From: Camelus ferus
Lineage: Eukaryota
Direction of reading: 5' to 3'
NCBI RefSeq assembly: GCF_009834535.1
Contig: NC_045697.1
Coordinates: forward strand, 8,186,001 to 8,250,000
DNA: 64,000 nucleotides
Positions within the stretch are counted from its first letter, which is position 1. Every line of letters begins with the position of its first letter. Position numbers and translations under genes: made by a program. This document shows, piece by piece, positions 38,246 through 50,568 of the stretch. The notes beneath the pieces are model-generated. The model was not told the origin of the DNA. It was given only the letters and a program-made list of their open reading frames with translations, and did not search any database.

Positions 38246-39259
38246 AATAAGCAGAAAGGATAAAATTATTAAATGAAAACAAAATTTAAAAAAAGAACAT
38301 ATTTATATCAGGGCATAAAATATTCCTAGTTCATTCAGGCTAATAACATCACAATTGTAGTTGACTTCTGATGTTGAAATTAGGATACTTTGACCTATTT
38401 TCCTTATTAATAACCTAAACTTATTTTGCCAAGAACATTATTATTAATCAAGGAAACTGATAAATATCCAATCATAGAGCCATCAATCATAGTTGTAAAG
38501 CAGCACTATGACATTTGTAGAGGGAGGGGGCTAATACCGCCAGCAATGGAGCAATGAAGTGTCAGGGAGAAAGCACTGAATTAAGAATTAGCATAATTTG
38601 GGTCAAACTTTCACTCAAGTAACATTGTCTCTCTGAGTCTTAGATTCCTCATCCGGGTACAAGTGGCTTGGGCAAAATTTTATGTATGGTTGCTTCCATT
38701 TCTCAAATGGAAGTTATTACCACTTTAGTGTTGCTTTAGTAATACCATACAAGTATTAGTAACAATTATTATTATAAATAATTTGAGGTCTACTCCTTCC
38801 TGAATCACTGCTTCAGTCATTAAATCCAATTACCTCATTATCTAAATTCACAGGGATTATAACCCTGGAAGGCACATACAAGAATGGCTTTGAAGAAACC
38901 AATGTGTCGCCTCATGTATTCATAAAATAATCAAAAGTGTTGAGGCCATATGGTAAAAGGTCCAAGGTTTGCTGCCTCCTTTTTCCAGTCTTGCATTTGA
39001 CTCCCATTTCTAGTCTACATTTTGGAGTATTTATTTACCTTGAGCTTAGATGAGATTCTGCAGTCCCTGAAGGGGATGTGGCGAGATTCAGCTCTGAAGA
39101 GGGACTTGGGAGAAAACCAAATTTCATGCCTGTTGGCATTGGGAAGACCGTCGATCTATCAGTTGGGAAGTTTCTTGCAAAAAGTATAAACAGAGAGTTA
39201 GAGGGTGGCCGAGTATCTGACTTCCCCTCTGACTTGAAGCTCTCAGCACCTCCAGCTCA

Positions 39260-39410
39260 CCATCTGCAAGACAGATCACCAGCATGCAACAGACCATTTA
39301 TTCTGATGACCTCGTTTCACTGATGTAGAAATTGAAGCCCTGAAAGTGAAGAAATGTGCCCAAGGTCACAGAATGAGTTAGCGTGGTTCCCAATCAGAGA
39401 CCACACTCTC
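39260..39410 (-). mobile_element. MIR
   Basis: 'tttcactgatgtagaaattgaagccc...tgcccaaggtcacagaatgagttag'. Confidence 0.75.
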
Positions 39411-39539
39411 AGCCACCCCTTTCCTTCTTTTAAATCAAGCATGAGTTTGTGACAAGGGAGAATTTGGATAATTGTAAATAACAGGGCACTGTTCCATCAC
39501 CTTGCCGTGTCTCAGCCACACCATGAATTCAGTTCGCTG

Positions 39540-39825
39540 GAGAGGAGAGATCATGGGCTTCGCTTTCGAGAAGAGCTTAGCTGAATCCCTTGTTTCTTGT
39601 TGAATAGCTGTGTATGTGTTTTCTGGGGTTTTTTTGTGGTTTTTTTTTTTTCCCGGGGTGGGGGTTTTTTATTTTTGTTTTTCTAGCTTGTGGGTTACCC
39701 TCTCTTTCCTTCTTTGTAAAACAAGGCTAGTAAGATCTAGTTCATGAAAGAGCTTCTATGTTAAAAGGAAATGTGATAACATGTCCTAAGGAGTAGAGCA
39801 CGGTGCCTGCCACTTAGTGAGGACA
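39540..39825 (+). mobile_element. MIR
   Basis: 'tttccttctttgtaaaacaagg...agagcacggtgcctgccacttagt'. Confidence 0.6.
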
Positions 39826-39864
39826 CTAAAAAAAAAAAAAATCCTCTTCTTTCAGGATGGACAA

Positions 39865-40000
39865 GTTGGGGGCTTCTGGTATGCAGACAGTTTTTTTTTT
39901 CTTGACAAAGGTGGTGATATGGGAGTTTGCTCTGTGATTATTTCTAAATTGTACCTATGCACTTTCTGTATTTAAGATAAATCTCACGATTTAGAAAAAA
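39865..40000 (+). mobile_element. L1ME-type 3' terminus
   Basis: 'ggggcttctggtatgc...tttcttgacaaaggtggtg...tatgcactttctgtat'. Confidence 0.6.
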
Positions 40001-40459
40001 ATGAATAGACCTTAAATGGTTACCCAGATCATATTATCTTCAGTTCTTGTTTCTAAAAAAAAAAAAAAAAACTCTTGTAAACAAAACAAAAATCCAAAAA
40101 AGATAAAGTAGTTGATCAAATCATCCATCTGAACTAGGAATTCAGCCTCACTGAAAACTTTTAAAGCTATACCAGAAGAGAGAAGTGTCAGTTCCTAAAA
40201 TCTTACTGGTTAGTCCTGTTGTGAAATAAAGAATATCTGACACACAAAAAAATTCCTTTTCTTCTCCTGTGTCTCCACCGAGGCTGTGATAACCACACTT
40301 CACTCCCCAACATGCAGGCATTTTTTATAGAATGCCCAGAGATATTTCATACCAATGCTGTTTTTCCAAAATTTATTTCTTCAGTCACATGGCAGAAGGA
40401 TGCCTACTGAAAACGCTTTGCCAGGGAATGAAAAAGGAATTCTAAAAAATCATGATTCT

Positions 40460-42994
40460 GAGACTTCCAGCTACAGGGGACAGATAAAACACACACCTAC
40501 ACCCACAAACACACTAGACAGACACCTTTACTTTCATCCCCTTCTCCCAACCCACACTTTCCCCTCAAGAGAAACAAAACACTAAAGGGATAGGTCAATT
40601 ATTTCTAAAGGCATAAATTCATAAGGACTGAGAGGAAAGAATAGCAGAACAATTTTGGAAGCTGGAGAGCCGATGTCTGGGTTGTAGTAACTAACTTAGC
40701 AGACCCACAAAAATAGATTCTTAAGCTGGCAGTGAGAGAAGCCAAGAAGCAAGCTGATTTACACCTCAGAGTTCCCCAGAGGCTCAGAAACTGGCAGCAT
40801 CATATATATACGTACCTCTGAGGATGGGAGAGAAGTGAGGCACAACGCAAGAGGAACGATTGAAACCCCATTGAAATGTCATCAGATGACTAGAGCTCTC
40901 GCTAGTGCAAACAGCATCCCACTCATCCAGGGAGAAAGGGGGCTTTTCCCCAGTAGAAGGTAAAACAAAGTGTCCCTGGGCAGATGGAAGTCAGGCGCCT
41001 CTGGACACAAAGATGGGCGTGCCCCAGTGAAAACAGGAAAACAAGTGAACTTTTACATACTCAGTGTTGAGACATGGAGACTTCCCTGCCCTCGCCCTGC
41101 TCCAAGATTGCAGAGTGCTGGCAGCCAGACTTGTGCTGCAGAGATTGAAAGAATCCTCTGTAGAGATTTGGACTCTTAAAGACCAGTAGTGCTGGCTTCA
41201 GGGGTTCGCCAATGAAAACTGCCAGCTAAGTCTCCCTGGTGAAAGCACTGACTGATGCACAGAAACTGCTAATCAGATATTAGTGGCCATCCTTATAAAC
41301 TGGGACTCAGCCAGGGTCACCTGACATTGTAAAAGCTTCGGATATAAAAGTCAAAGACAAGAGCGAGAGCGAGAGAGAGAGGAGAAGAAGAAATTAGAAG
41401 AAAGAGAAATTGCACAGAAAAAAGAGAACTTAAAACCCTATCAGTGTTATCTTCCAAGGTATAAAAGAATATATGAAATCTAGAAAACAAGAACAGGAAA
41501 CTATGAAACAGGAACTCTCAAAAAGCAACCCAAGAGTTCTTACAACTATAAGAAATATGAAAGAATAGAGAGGAATAAGAGAAAATGTGAGAGAAGAAAT
41601 CAGAAAAATAAGAGAAGCCTTTGAAGATAAAATTCAGTAAGCCTCATAAAAAGTAGACCAGAATAATAGAAATGGAAAATGGATAAAACCAACAAACAAA
41701 CAAAAAAATGTGCCAGATCCAAGAGATTCAATATATTAGGAATTCCACTCAAAGAGAGTAACAAATTTGGAGATAAAGAATGAACCAAAGAAATAATTAA
41801 ATAATTTCATAAATCTGAAGCATGTGAGGTTTTTGTTTTAAAGGACATAGTGTAATGCATAGAAACAAACCTACCTCAAGACATACCACCAAGAAGTTGC
41901 AGAACATTGGAGGGAAACAAAAAATTTCACAAGCTTCCAGACAAGGGACCAAGTGTTACAGAGCAGGGGATAAACTTTAGATATAGGATCAAGAATCAGT
42001 ATAAAACTGTACTTCTCAACAGCAACACAGGAATCTAGAAGAAAATGGAAAAACATTAAAAAATTTAAGGGAAAATTTTGTCCTCTAATACTGTTATACA
42101 CAATCTATTGATTTCATATGAAGACACAACAAGATATTTTCAGACAGGCAAGGTCTTAAAATTTCTCATCTTGTATTCTTTCTCAGAAATCTCCTGGCAG
42201 ATTTGATCTGCTTTAGTTGAAAAAGGATGTAAACCAAGGAAGAGGATACAGTGAGATCCAGGATCCAAATAGGTGACCTCAACACAGGAGAGGAAAAATA
42301 TCAATCCCCCTGAGGTTGTCTGTACAGCAGACCCAGAGAGGGGACACGCCCAGGAGAGGCAGGTAAGAAGAGAATACTCTAAGAAAATGACATTTTTTTT
42401 AAATGTCTAGGGTATTTGTGTGTATCCAAAGGAGATTTACACAACTGGCAGGGGTTCTGAGTTGAATTAATCATCAGTACATAGAAAATAAGCAAATGAA
42501 ACAAAAAGAAAAAAAATCAACTTCATGGGTAAATATTTTGCAGGAAAGTAAAGACAACCACATTGTATGATATGGGTCAACTAAGAATAACGTATACGTA
42601 GTAATAATAATGTAATCCTGAGTATTGAATGAAACAAAGTTGCTCACTAAGTACAGAGGGAAGATAAAGCAATGGGAAATATGCAAAAGAGTAAGAGAAA
42701 AAGAGAGAGGAATAGTGATGGGGTGGCGGATAAAAGAAGACAAAATCCCATTTTCTATATTGGAAATTCAACATATAACATTTAAAACAGAAAGATCTAA
42801 AAGTATAATCATGACATTTAAAGAGATGGATGCAAATAATTAAGTAAAAAGATTACAAGCAGTTGCCTCTGGGAAGAAGATTCTGTCTAGGGTGGGGCAG
42901 GACCACTATTTTTTTTAAAAAAGTCTTATATAAATATTAGCCTTTTCAGACACATACATGTTAATTTTTGATAAAAGTAAAAATTATATTAAAA
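40460..42994 (+). mobile_element. Ancient HAL1 (half-L1), near full length
   Basis: 5' 'tttctaaaggcataaa...aattttggaagctggagagc...aacttagcagaccc'; ORF1 remnant 'aatatattaggaattcca', 'acttctcaacagcaaca...ctagaagaaaatgg'; 3' 'aggagatttacacaactgg...gcagttgcctctggg'. No ORF2 sequence is seen. Confidence 0.8.
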
Positions 42995-43307
42995 TCTCAT
43001 GTTTTCTAAGCTTCCTCTCCAAGACTTTTGCCATCTCTATTAATTGTAATACATTAATCACTTTTTTTTAAAAAATTGCCTCATTTCGAGAACAAAAATA
43101 TACATCTAATCACTAAGTCTGACACTCTGTTTCATATGTTCCTTCCAATGCACATTAAATTTAAACCCTCAGCACTGAAATGAGCAGATGTTCGTCCATG
43201 TACCACCTGGAATTGTCTTGCTTTATGGTTGCCCACCTGTGCACCCCGCACCTTGAAAGCGCTTCGAGCAGGATCGCTCATACAGGCAAGTCACTGCTGC
43301 CTACTCA

Positions 43308-43321
43308 CCACTAGAGGGAAC
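43308..43321 (+). promoter_or_regulatory. Candidate CTCF site
   Basis: CCACTAGAGGGAAC versus consensus CCASYAGRKGGCRS, in a locally CpG-retaining non-repeat patch. Confidence 0.5.
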
Positions 43322-43439
43322 TGTTGATCTTCTTACTAGCTTGTCGCGGTCCAGCGGGGAACAGCTTCTTCAGGCAGCGGGTTGGGCATTAATAAAGCCA
43401 TGGCTGTGTCCTTTTTCCCTTCCTGGAGTGTAAAATACC

Positions 43440-43600
43440 TGAACCTGAGGGGACCTTGGTGTGCATCTAGGTCAAGTCTCTGACCTCTCCCTTTCTACAC
43501 TTAGACCGAGGCCCGGAGATGAACGGTGCTTTCTTAGGTCGTGGGATAAGGCTGTAAGAAAGTCAGTGCTAAAGCCAGGTTTCTTATTTACCCAAACCGG
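43440..43600 (-). mobile_element. MIR/MIR3
   Basis: 'ggggaccttggtgtgcatctaggtcaa...gaccgaggcccggaga'. Confidence 0.6.
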
Positions 43601-43674
43601 ACAGATCAGGAATCAAACAAGAGAGTAACTCAAAAGAAATTGCTTTTTAGTGCAAGATCACAGAGCTGGGGTTT

Positions 43675-43875
43675 GCTAATAAATATGAACACCTGTTGAA
43701 TGTTTACCATGTGTCTGGACTTTAGATTCTTGATTCTTTATTCTTCATTCTTGTCCTGTGAAATAGGAACAATCATTATCCCTGTTCTTTGAATGAAACT
43801 AAAGCACAGAGAAGTTCAGTTACCTGCCCCAGATCGCACAGGTAGTAACTGGCAAAGCAGGGCGGTCATGGCTGA
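43675..43875 (-). mobile_element. MIR
   Basis: 'atgaaactaaagcacagagaagttcagttacctgcccc agatcgcacaggtagtaactggc'. Confidence 0.8.
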
Positions 43876-44004
43876 CTACCCAAGGAAGACATGACATGTA
43901 TCTGTTAACGTGGAGCGAGCTAGCTCTTCTCTCTGGCACAGTGGCCTCGCTCCAGTTTTTGCTTAGATGAGATGATTTGTCCCAGTACCTTCAGAGGCCT
44001 CAAG

Positions 44005-44120
44005 ATTCCAGCCTGCTAAGCAGAGCTGCTTCAGGGTCCAATTTCTTTCTGTTCCCAATGCCTATCTCAGTGCTTAGCTCAGAGGACCGGCTCATTAAAT
44101 GCTAGCTGAGTAAATAAATA
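44005..44120 (+). mobile_element. L2 3' end
   Basis: 'cccaatgcctatctcagtgcttagctcagagg...ctcattaaatgctagctgagtaaataaat'. Confidence 0.65.
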
Positions 44121-45807
44121 CAGTCCTAATTATGTCACAAACAAATCATTTGCGGAAACAACACACTCATGTCACATCTCATAATTCATAGAGTTTAAGA
44201 AAACTCCACAAAAGCTATCATTGTCCACTTGGTCTCTCTTAAAAGACTGTGGAGTTGATCCAACCAAATGCTTAATTCTTCCTGATTCCCACCCCCCGAC
44301 ACACACACACCCCTGCCAGTTTGTAGCACAGTTTTTCAGTCCATAAAACACAATCATGTCACCGTGTACACAGGCAGGCTCCTAAGCCCACTGCATTGTA
44401 TCATTTCATGAGCCCACATGTCACCGCTTCACAAAACACCTGGAGTCCATGTCATTTATGGCTCAGGGCTGGCCAGGCCCTCATCCTCCCAGTTCATAGA
44501 ACTTTGCGCTGGTTTAACTTCCCACTCCACAGAACCCTGGGGCTGAGGGAGGGGGAGGGCTCCTGTGCAAAGATGGAAACCTTGTTCAAAGAGAAGGGTT
44601 TCCTAATGGAGTTTACAGCTAGCAAAATCGCCTCTCAAGGATTGGACGTCTCTGCATGGAAGGAAAGCTTCTTCCATGAGGAATCCCTCCAGATTTTCAA
44701 ACTCCCTGCTGGAAGATTTGGAGTCATTCAATACAATTCTAGAAGTTTGAGGAGTTGAAATGCCTCTGCCTTGCACCCCTCTAATCCATCGTCCCCATTC
44801 TTTTTTTTAACTCTGAGTTTTACTGGTGTGCGGTCCCTTTACAACGTCAGTTTCAGGTATTAACGTTGACCTCTTTCAGTGCACAGTTCTGTGAATCGTA
44901 ACACACACATGGGTTCTTGTAACCCTCGCCATAATCAAGATAGCACAATCCCATCACCCACCCCCAAACTGATCATTTTTAACAGACATATCCTCTCCAC
45001 TTCCCTGTCAAACACTGATTTATTCTCCATCACTACAATTTGGGTTTTCTTGAGATGGTCATATAAATGTCGTCACACAGCATGTAAATTTGGGGACTGG
45101 CTTCTTCCACTCAGCATAATGCTTTTGAGATTCATTCAAATTGCTTTGTGCCTCCATAATTTATTATTTTTCATTGCTGGAAACGATTCCATTGTATGGA
45201 TGTATCACAGTTTGCTTGTCCATTCACCCACTAGAAGCTATTTGACTTGTTTTCGGTTTGGAGCAGTTGTAAGCAGAGCTGTAGACGCTCATATGCAGGT
45301 TTCTGTGTGAACATAAGGTTTCATAACTCTAGGATAAATGCCTAGGAATAGAATTGCTGTGTCATACGATAAGTAAATTTTATCTTTAAAACAAATTGCC
45401 AAAGTGTTTTGCAGAATGACTACACCATACTGCATTTCTACCAGCAACATATGAGAATTCCAGGTTCCCTGCATCCTCTCCATAGCTTGAGTATTACCTG
45501 TATTTTTAAAGGTGTTCTAATAGTCATGTACCGTTTTCTCATGGTGATGTTAACTCACATTTCCCTCGTGGCTTATGATATTAAGCATCTTTTAATGTGC
45601 TTGTCTTCTGTATATCCCCTTTGGTTAAATGTCAGTGCAAATGTATTGACCACTATTAAATGGGTTTCTAGTTTCTTATTGTTGAGTTTTGATTTTTTAA
45701 ATTATGTTCTGTACAAGTCATTCGTCAGATATGTGATTTTAAAATATTGTTTTCTAGTCTGTGACATGTTTTTCATTCTCTTATCTTTCAAAAAGTAATT
45801 TTAAAAT

Positions 45808-46643
45808 CTTCAGTATCTCTAATTATCAAAGAAATGCAAATCAAAACTATAATGAGGTATCACCACACACCAGTCAGAATGGCCATCATTAAAAACTCCA
45901 CAAATGATAAATGCTGGAGAGGGTGTGGAGGAAAGGGAACCCTCCTCCACTGTTGGTATGACTCTTCAGTATGAAGAGTCCCCAAAAAGCTTAGAAAAGA
46001 CTTACCATATGATCCAGCAATCCCACTCCTAGGCACATATTCGAAAAGATACATGCACCCCAATGTTCATAGTAGCACTATATACAGTAGCCAAGACATG
46101 GAATGTTCATCAACAGATGACTGGATAAAAAAGCTGTGGTATATTTATACAATGGAATACTACTCAGCCATAAAAAATAAAATAATGCCATCTGCAGCAA
46201 CATGGATGGACCTGGAGATCATCGTTCTAAGTGAAGTAAGCCAGAAAGAGAAAGAAGCCTACCGTATGACATCACTCATATGTGGAATCTAAAAAAAAAT
46301 TTTTTAAAGACACAAATGAACTTATTTACAGAACAGAAACAGACTCACAGACATAGAAAACAGACTTACGGTTACCAGAGTGGGTGGGCAGGGAAGCGGG
46401 TAGAAAGGGATAAATTGAGAGTTCGAGATTTTCAGATACTATTATATATAAAATAAACAACAATTTTCTTCTGTATAGTACAGAAAACTATATTCAACAT
46501 CTTGTAGCAACCTGTAATGAAAATGAATATGAAAAGGAATATATGTATGTTCATGTATGACTGAAACATCATGTTGTACACCAGAAATTGACACAACAAT
46601 GTAAACTGACTATACTTCAATTTAAAAAAAAAAATTTAAAAAA
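45808..46643 (+). mobile_element. Young 5'-truncated L1 nested in the old L1
   Basis: 'agaaatgcaaatcaaaactataatgaggtatcac...'; encodes DDWIKKLWYIYTMEYYSAIK...SLICGI; 3'UTR and A-tail follow. Confidence 0.92.
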
Positions 46644-49216
46644 CATTTTTGATAAATTTTAATTGATCACTTTTTAAAAACTATATGAATTGTGCTTTGG
46701 GGATAATAGCTAAGAATTTCCTGCTTAACCCTAGGTCACAGAGATTTTCAAAAATTTTTATTGCTTAATGTTTTACATTTAAATCTGTGCAGCATTTTGA
46801 GTTCATATTTGTATGAAGTGTGAGTTTAAGTTGAGGTTCATTATTTCACATGTGGTTGTTCAATTTTCCCCAAAACAATTACTAAAAAGGCTGTTGTTTC
46901 TCTATTGAATTGCCTTTGCATCTTTGTCAAAAATCAATTGGCTATGTGTGTACCTACTTACAGATTCTCTCATATTCCCTTGATTTATATATCAGTCCCT
47001 TCAATCCACCAGGTCACAGTCAGTACAGCTTTACAGTAAGTCTTAAAATCCATTATTAAGAGTACTCTTAACTTCATTCTACCATTTTCACAATTCTTGT
47101 TCATCTGCCTTTCTAAAAAATAATTTTAGAAACATTAAGAATGTCACCACCTCTAGATTTTTGGGAGGCATGCTCTTTATAAGCTTAAGGAAGCTCCCTT
47201 CTATTCTCAGTTGACTGAAAATTTTGATCATAAATGATGCTATATTTTGTTAAATGTTTTTTTCTGTATCTATTAATATGAGCATTTTTTTTTCTTTAAG
47301 TTGTTAATATGGTAGATAACATTGATTAATTTCCAAATATTGAATCAGGCTTACACTCCCTGGAAAAATCTCATTTGATAATCATGTATTATTTTTATAT
47401 ATTATTAGATTTGATTTGTTAATACCTTTTTGGATTTTTTTGTTTATGTACACGAAGGATTTTTTTGTATTATCTTTGTCTGGTTTTCATATCAGATTAA
47501 TACCTGCCTCATAAAATTAGTAGTGTTCATTCCTCCTCTGTTGGCTAGAAGGGGTTGTCTAGAATTGGTATTTCTCCTTTACAGGTTTGGTAGAATTCTA
47601 TCTGGAGCTGGAGATTTCTTTTTTTTGAAAAGTTCTTTAATACAAATCTAATTTATTTATAATTATGACACTGGGTTACCTATGTCATGTGGGGTGAGTT
47701 TTGGTACCTGTGGTTTCTGAGGAATAAGTCAGTTTCACCTAAGTTATGGAATTTATGTTCTGTTGAATTCTATAGAATTGTTAATAGAGTCCTTTATTAT
47801 CCTTTTAATATTCATGAGCTCTGTAATGGTGCCTCAGTTTTCATTCCTGATTAGTAAGTTATGTTTTTCTTTTTTGGTCTTGATAGAGATATATCAACTT
47901 TATTGATCTTTTTTTTTAAAAAAAAAAAACAGCTTTTTATCTGATTTTATCTACTGTTTTTTTTCTGTTTAAAATTTCATTGATTTCTGTCCTTTTCTTT
48001 TTTATGTTCTTTCTTCTCCTTGTTTGGGTGCATTTTGCTTGTCTTTTTTTAGTTGTTTAAGAAGGGAACTTAGATTATTGATTTGCGATTATTAATTATC
48101 TTCCTTCTTTTCTAATTTTTAAACAGTTAATGCTGTGAATTTTTCTCTGTGAACTACTTTAACTACATCCGACAAATTTTGGTAAAATTGTATTTTTATT
48201 TTTATTCGATTCAAAATATTGCCTTAATTACTTTGGGACTTCTTCTCTGACCATGGATTATTTAGAAGCACATTGTTTAATTTTTAAATGTTTAGAAAGT
48301 CATATAATCTCTGCTATTAAGTTCTAGTTTAATCTACTATGGTGAAAGAAGAAACTTTGTATGATTTCAGGTATTTTGAATTTTCTGAGGAATAAGTCAG
48401 TTTCACCTAAGTTATGGAATTTATGTTCTGTTGAATTCAAAATTCAAAATACTTTGTTTTGCAACCCAAGATATGTACTACCTTGGTGAATGTTCTGTGT
48501 CTACTTGAAGAGAATATATATTCTTCTGTTTTGGGTTAGAGAGTGCTATGAGCATTAAAAAAAAAAAAAAAAAAAAGAAGAAGACCCAGAACACCAATAT
48601 CAGTACTGATGCTCTTATTCAGTTATTCTATATCCTGGTTGACTTTTTGTCCTGCTAACTCTGTTGATTACTAAAAGCAGAGGTTGAATTATGGAAAGAA
48701 TAGTTATATACCCAAATATAATCGTGGCTAGGTATACTTTTCCTTTCAGTTCTGTCAAATTTTATTTCTGAAAATTTGAATCTCTGTTGTAAGGACCTTT
48801 TTCACACATTCAAGATTTTTATGTCTTTTTGGTGAATTTACTTTGTTTTCATTACGTAGTATCTCACTTTATCACTGACAGTGTTTGCTCTGAAGCTTAT
48901 TTTTTCTGATATCAATATAGCTAGATATTAGCTCTTTCTTTTAATTTTTGCATGGCATATCTTCCCCTTCTTCCATTTTTATCTCACCTTTATTATTATG
49001 TTTGAAGTGAATTTTATATAAACCGAATATGGTGGTTGTTTCTTTGTCTGCAAAACTTTCTTTAATGATTATTTTAAAGTAGGCTTGCTGGCAACAAATT
49101 CTCTTAGTCCTACTTCATTGGAAGATGACTTAATTTCACATCATTTCTGCATTTGATCGTCATTTTCACTTGATAGAGGATTCTGGGTAAACTATTATTC
49201 TCTTTCAACCTTTTAA

Positions 49217-49231
49217 TTTTTTGGTTTATTT

Positions 49232-49274
<43 letters not shown>

Positions 49275-49394
49275 TTTTGGTGGGGGGAGGTAATTAGCTT
49301 TGTTTGTTTGTTTTTTAGAGGAGGCACGGGGGACTGAACCCAGGACATGGTGCATGCTAAGCATGTGCTCTACTGCTTGAGCTGTACCTTCCCC
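49217..49394 (-). mobile_element. tRNA-Ala-like SINE (camelid vic-1-like) with TSD
   Basis: Minus strand reads GGGGAAGGTACAGCTCAAGCAGTAGAGCACATGCTTAGCATGCACC...CCTGGGTTCAGTCCCC (A/B boxes) with a (TAAA)n tail. TSD ctctttcaaccttttaa at 49200-49216 and 49395-49411. Confidence 0.9.
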
Positions 49395-50442
49395 CTCTTT
49401 CAACCTTTTAAAAGTGTCGTTTCACTTCTCATGAAACTTTCTCATGAAAAAATTTGTAGCTGTTGAAATTATTTCCCTAAGTAGTGCATCATTTTTCTGT
49501 GTCTTCAAAATTTTTTTCTTTGCTTTTCATCTCCAGGAGCTTGATTATCGTGTGTCTGAGTGTGGACTTCTTTGGTTTTTTGTTCTTGTTATTTGGTTTT
49601 TTGTTTGTTTGTTTGTTTGTTTGTTTGAGATTTGCTCAACTTTTGAATCTGTAAGTTTATGGTTTTGCCAGATTCTAGAAGTTTCTACCTTTATGTCTTC
49701 AAATATTTCTTCTGCACACTATTTCTCATCTCCTGAAGCTTTTATCCCATAAATTTTGCATATTTTGGTATTGTACCACAGGTCCCTGAGAAACTGTTCA
49801 TTTTTTAAAAAAACCTTTCTTCCTTGTGCTCCTCACATTGAAAAATTTCTATTGATCTACTTCAGGTTTATCGATTCCTTCCTCTGTCCCCTCCATTCTG
49901 CTTTTGAGCCTATTCTACACTTTTACTTTGGTTAATAAGCTTTCCTGTTTTAAATTTCTATTTGGCTTTTCTTTGTATCTTTTATTTCTTTGCTGAGACT
50001 TTCTACCTTCCCACTTGTTTCACGAGTGTTCACCTTAACTTGGTGAAGCATTTTCAACATAGCCGTTTTAAAGCCTGGCAGACACTTCCAACATCTACTT
50101 TAGCATCTGTTGACCCCCGGGTGCCCTGTGAGCTGATGTTGTCTTTCTTATATTAAGTAATTGGTGGGAGGTAGTATTCTGAATATTTTAAATATTATGT
50201 TGTAATTGCTGGATCTTATTTAAATCATATGAAAATTTTAAATATTTTTTGTTTTAGCATGTCTATGCAGACATAGCTTGGAATGTGCCCAGGAGTTCAC
50301 AAACAAGAGTTAGAGTCGTTTTCTGGAACTGTTCCTCTCTGAAATCTTCTCAGAACTTTCTGTAACTCCCCTTGTCGGTCCTCCAGCCTCACAGCTGAGG
50401 CTTTATCTACTCTGCTCTCCTATAGTAGTTTGACAGGCACGG

Positions 50443-50568
50443 TGTCCCAGGTTCAATCCCTAGCACCTCTTCCAAATAGAAATAAATGAATAAATCCAAT
50501 TACCACCCTCTCCCCATAAAACAAACAAAACAAGCCAAACGTGTGCTTTGATATTAAAAAAAAAAAAA
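50443..50568 (+). mobile_element. 5'-truncated copy of the same SINE family
   Basis: 'gtcccaggttcaatccctagcacctc...aataaatccaattaccaccc' matches the B-box and 3' part of the 49217-49394 element. Confidence 0.75.

Noticed and set aside
44879..45798. 143-aa and 129-aa ORFs
   Set aside because: They are antisense readings of an old L1 3' end.
49320..49394. Possible tRNA-Ala gene
   Set aside because: It has a SINE tail, TSD and mutated stems, so it is a SINE.
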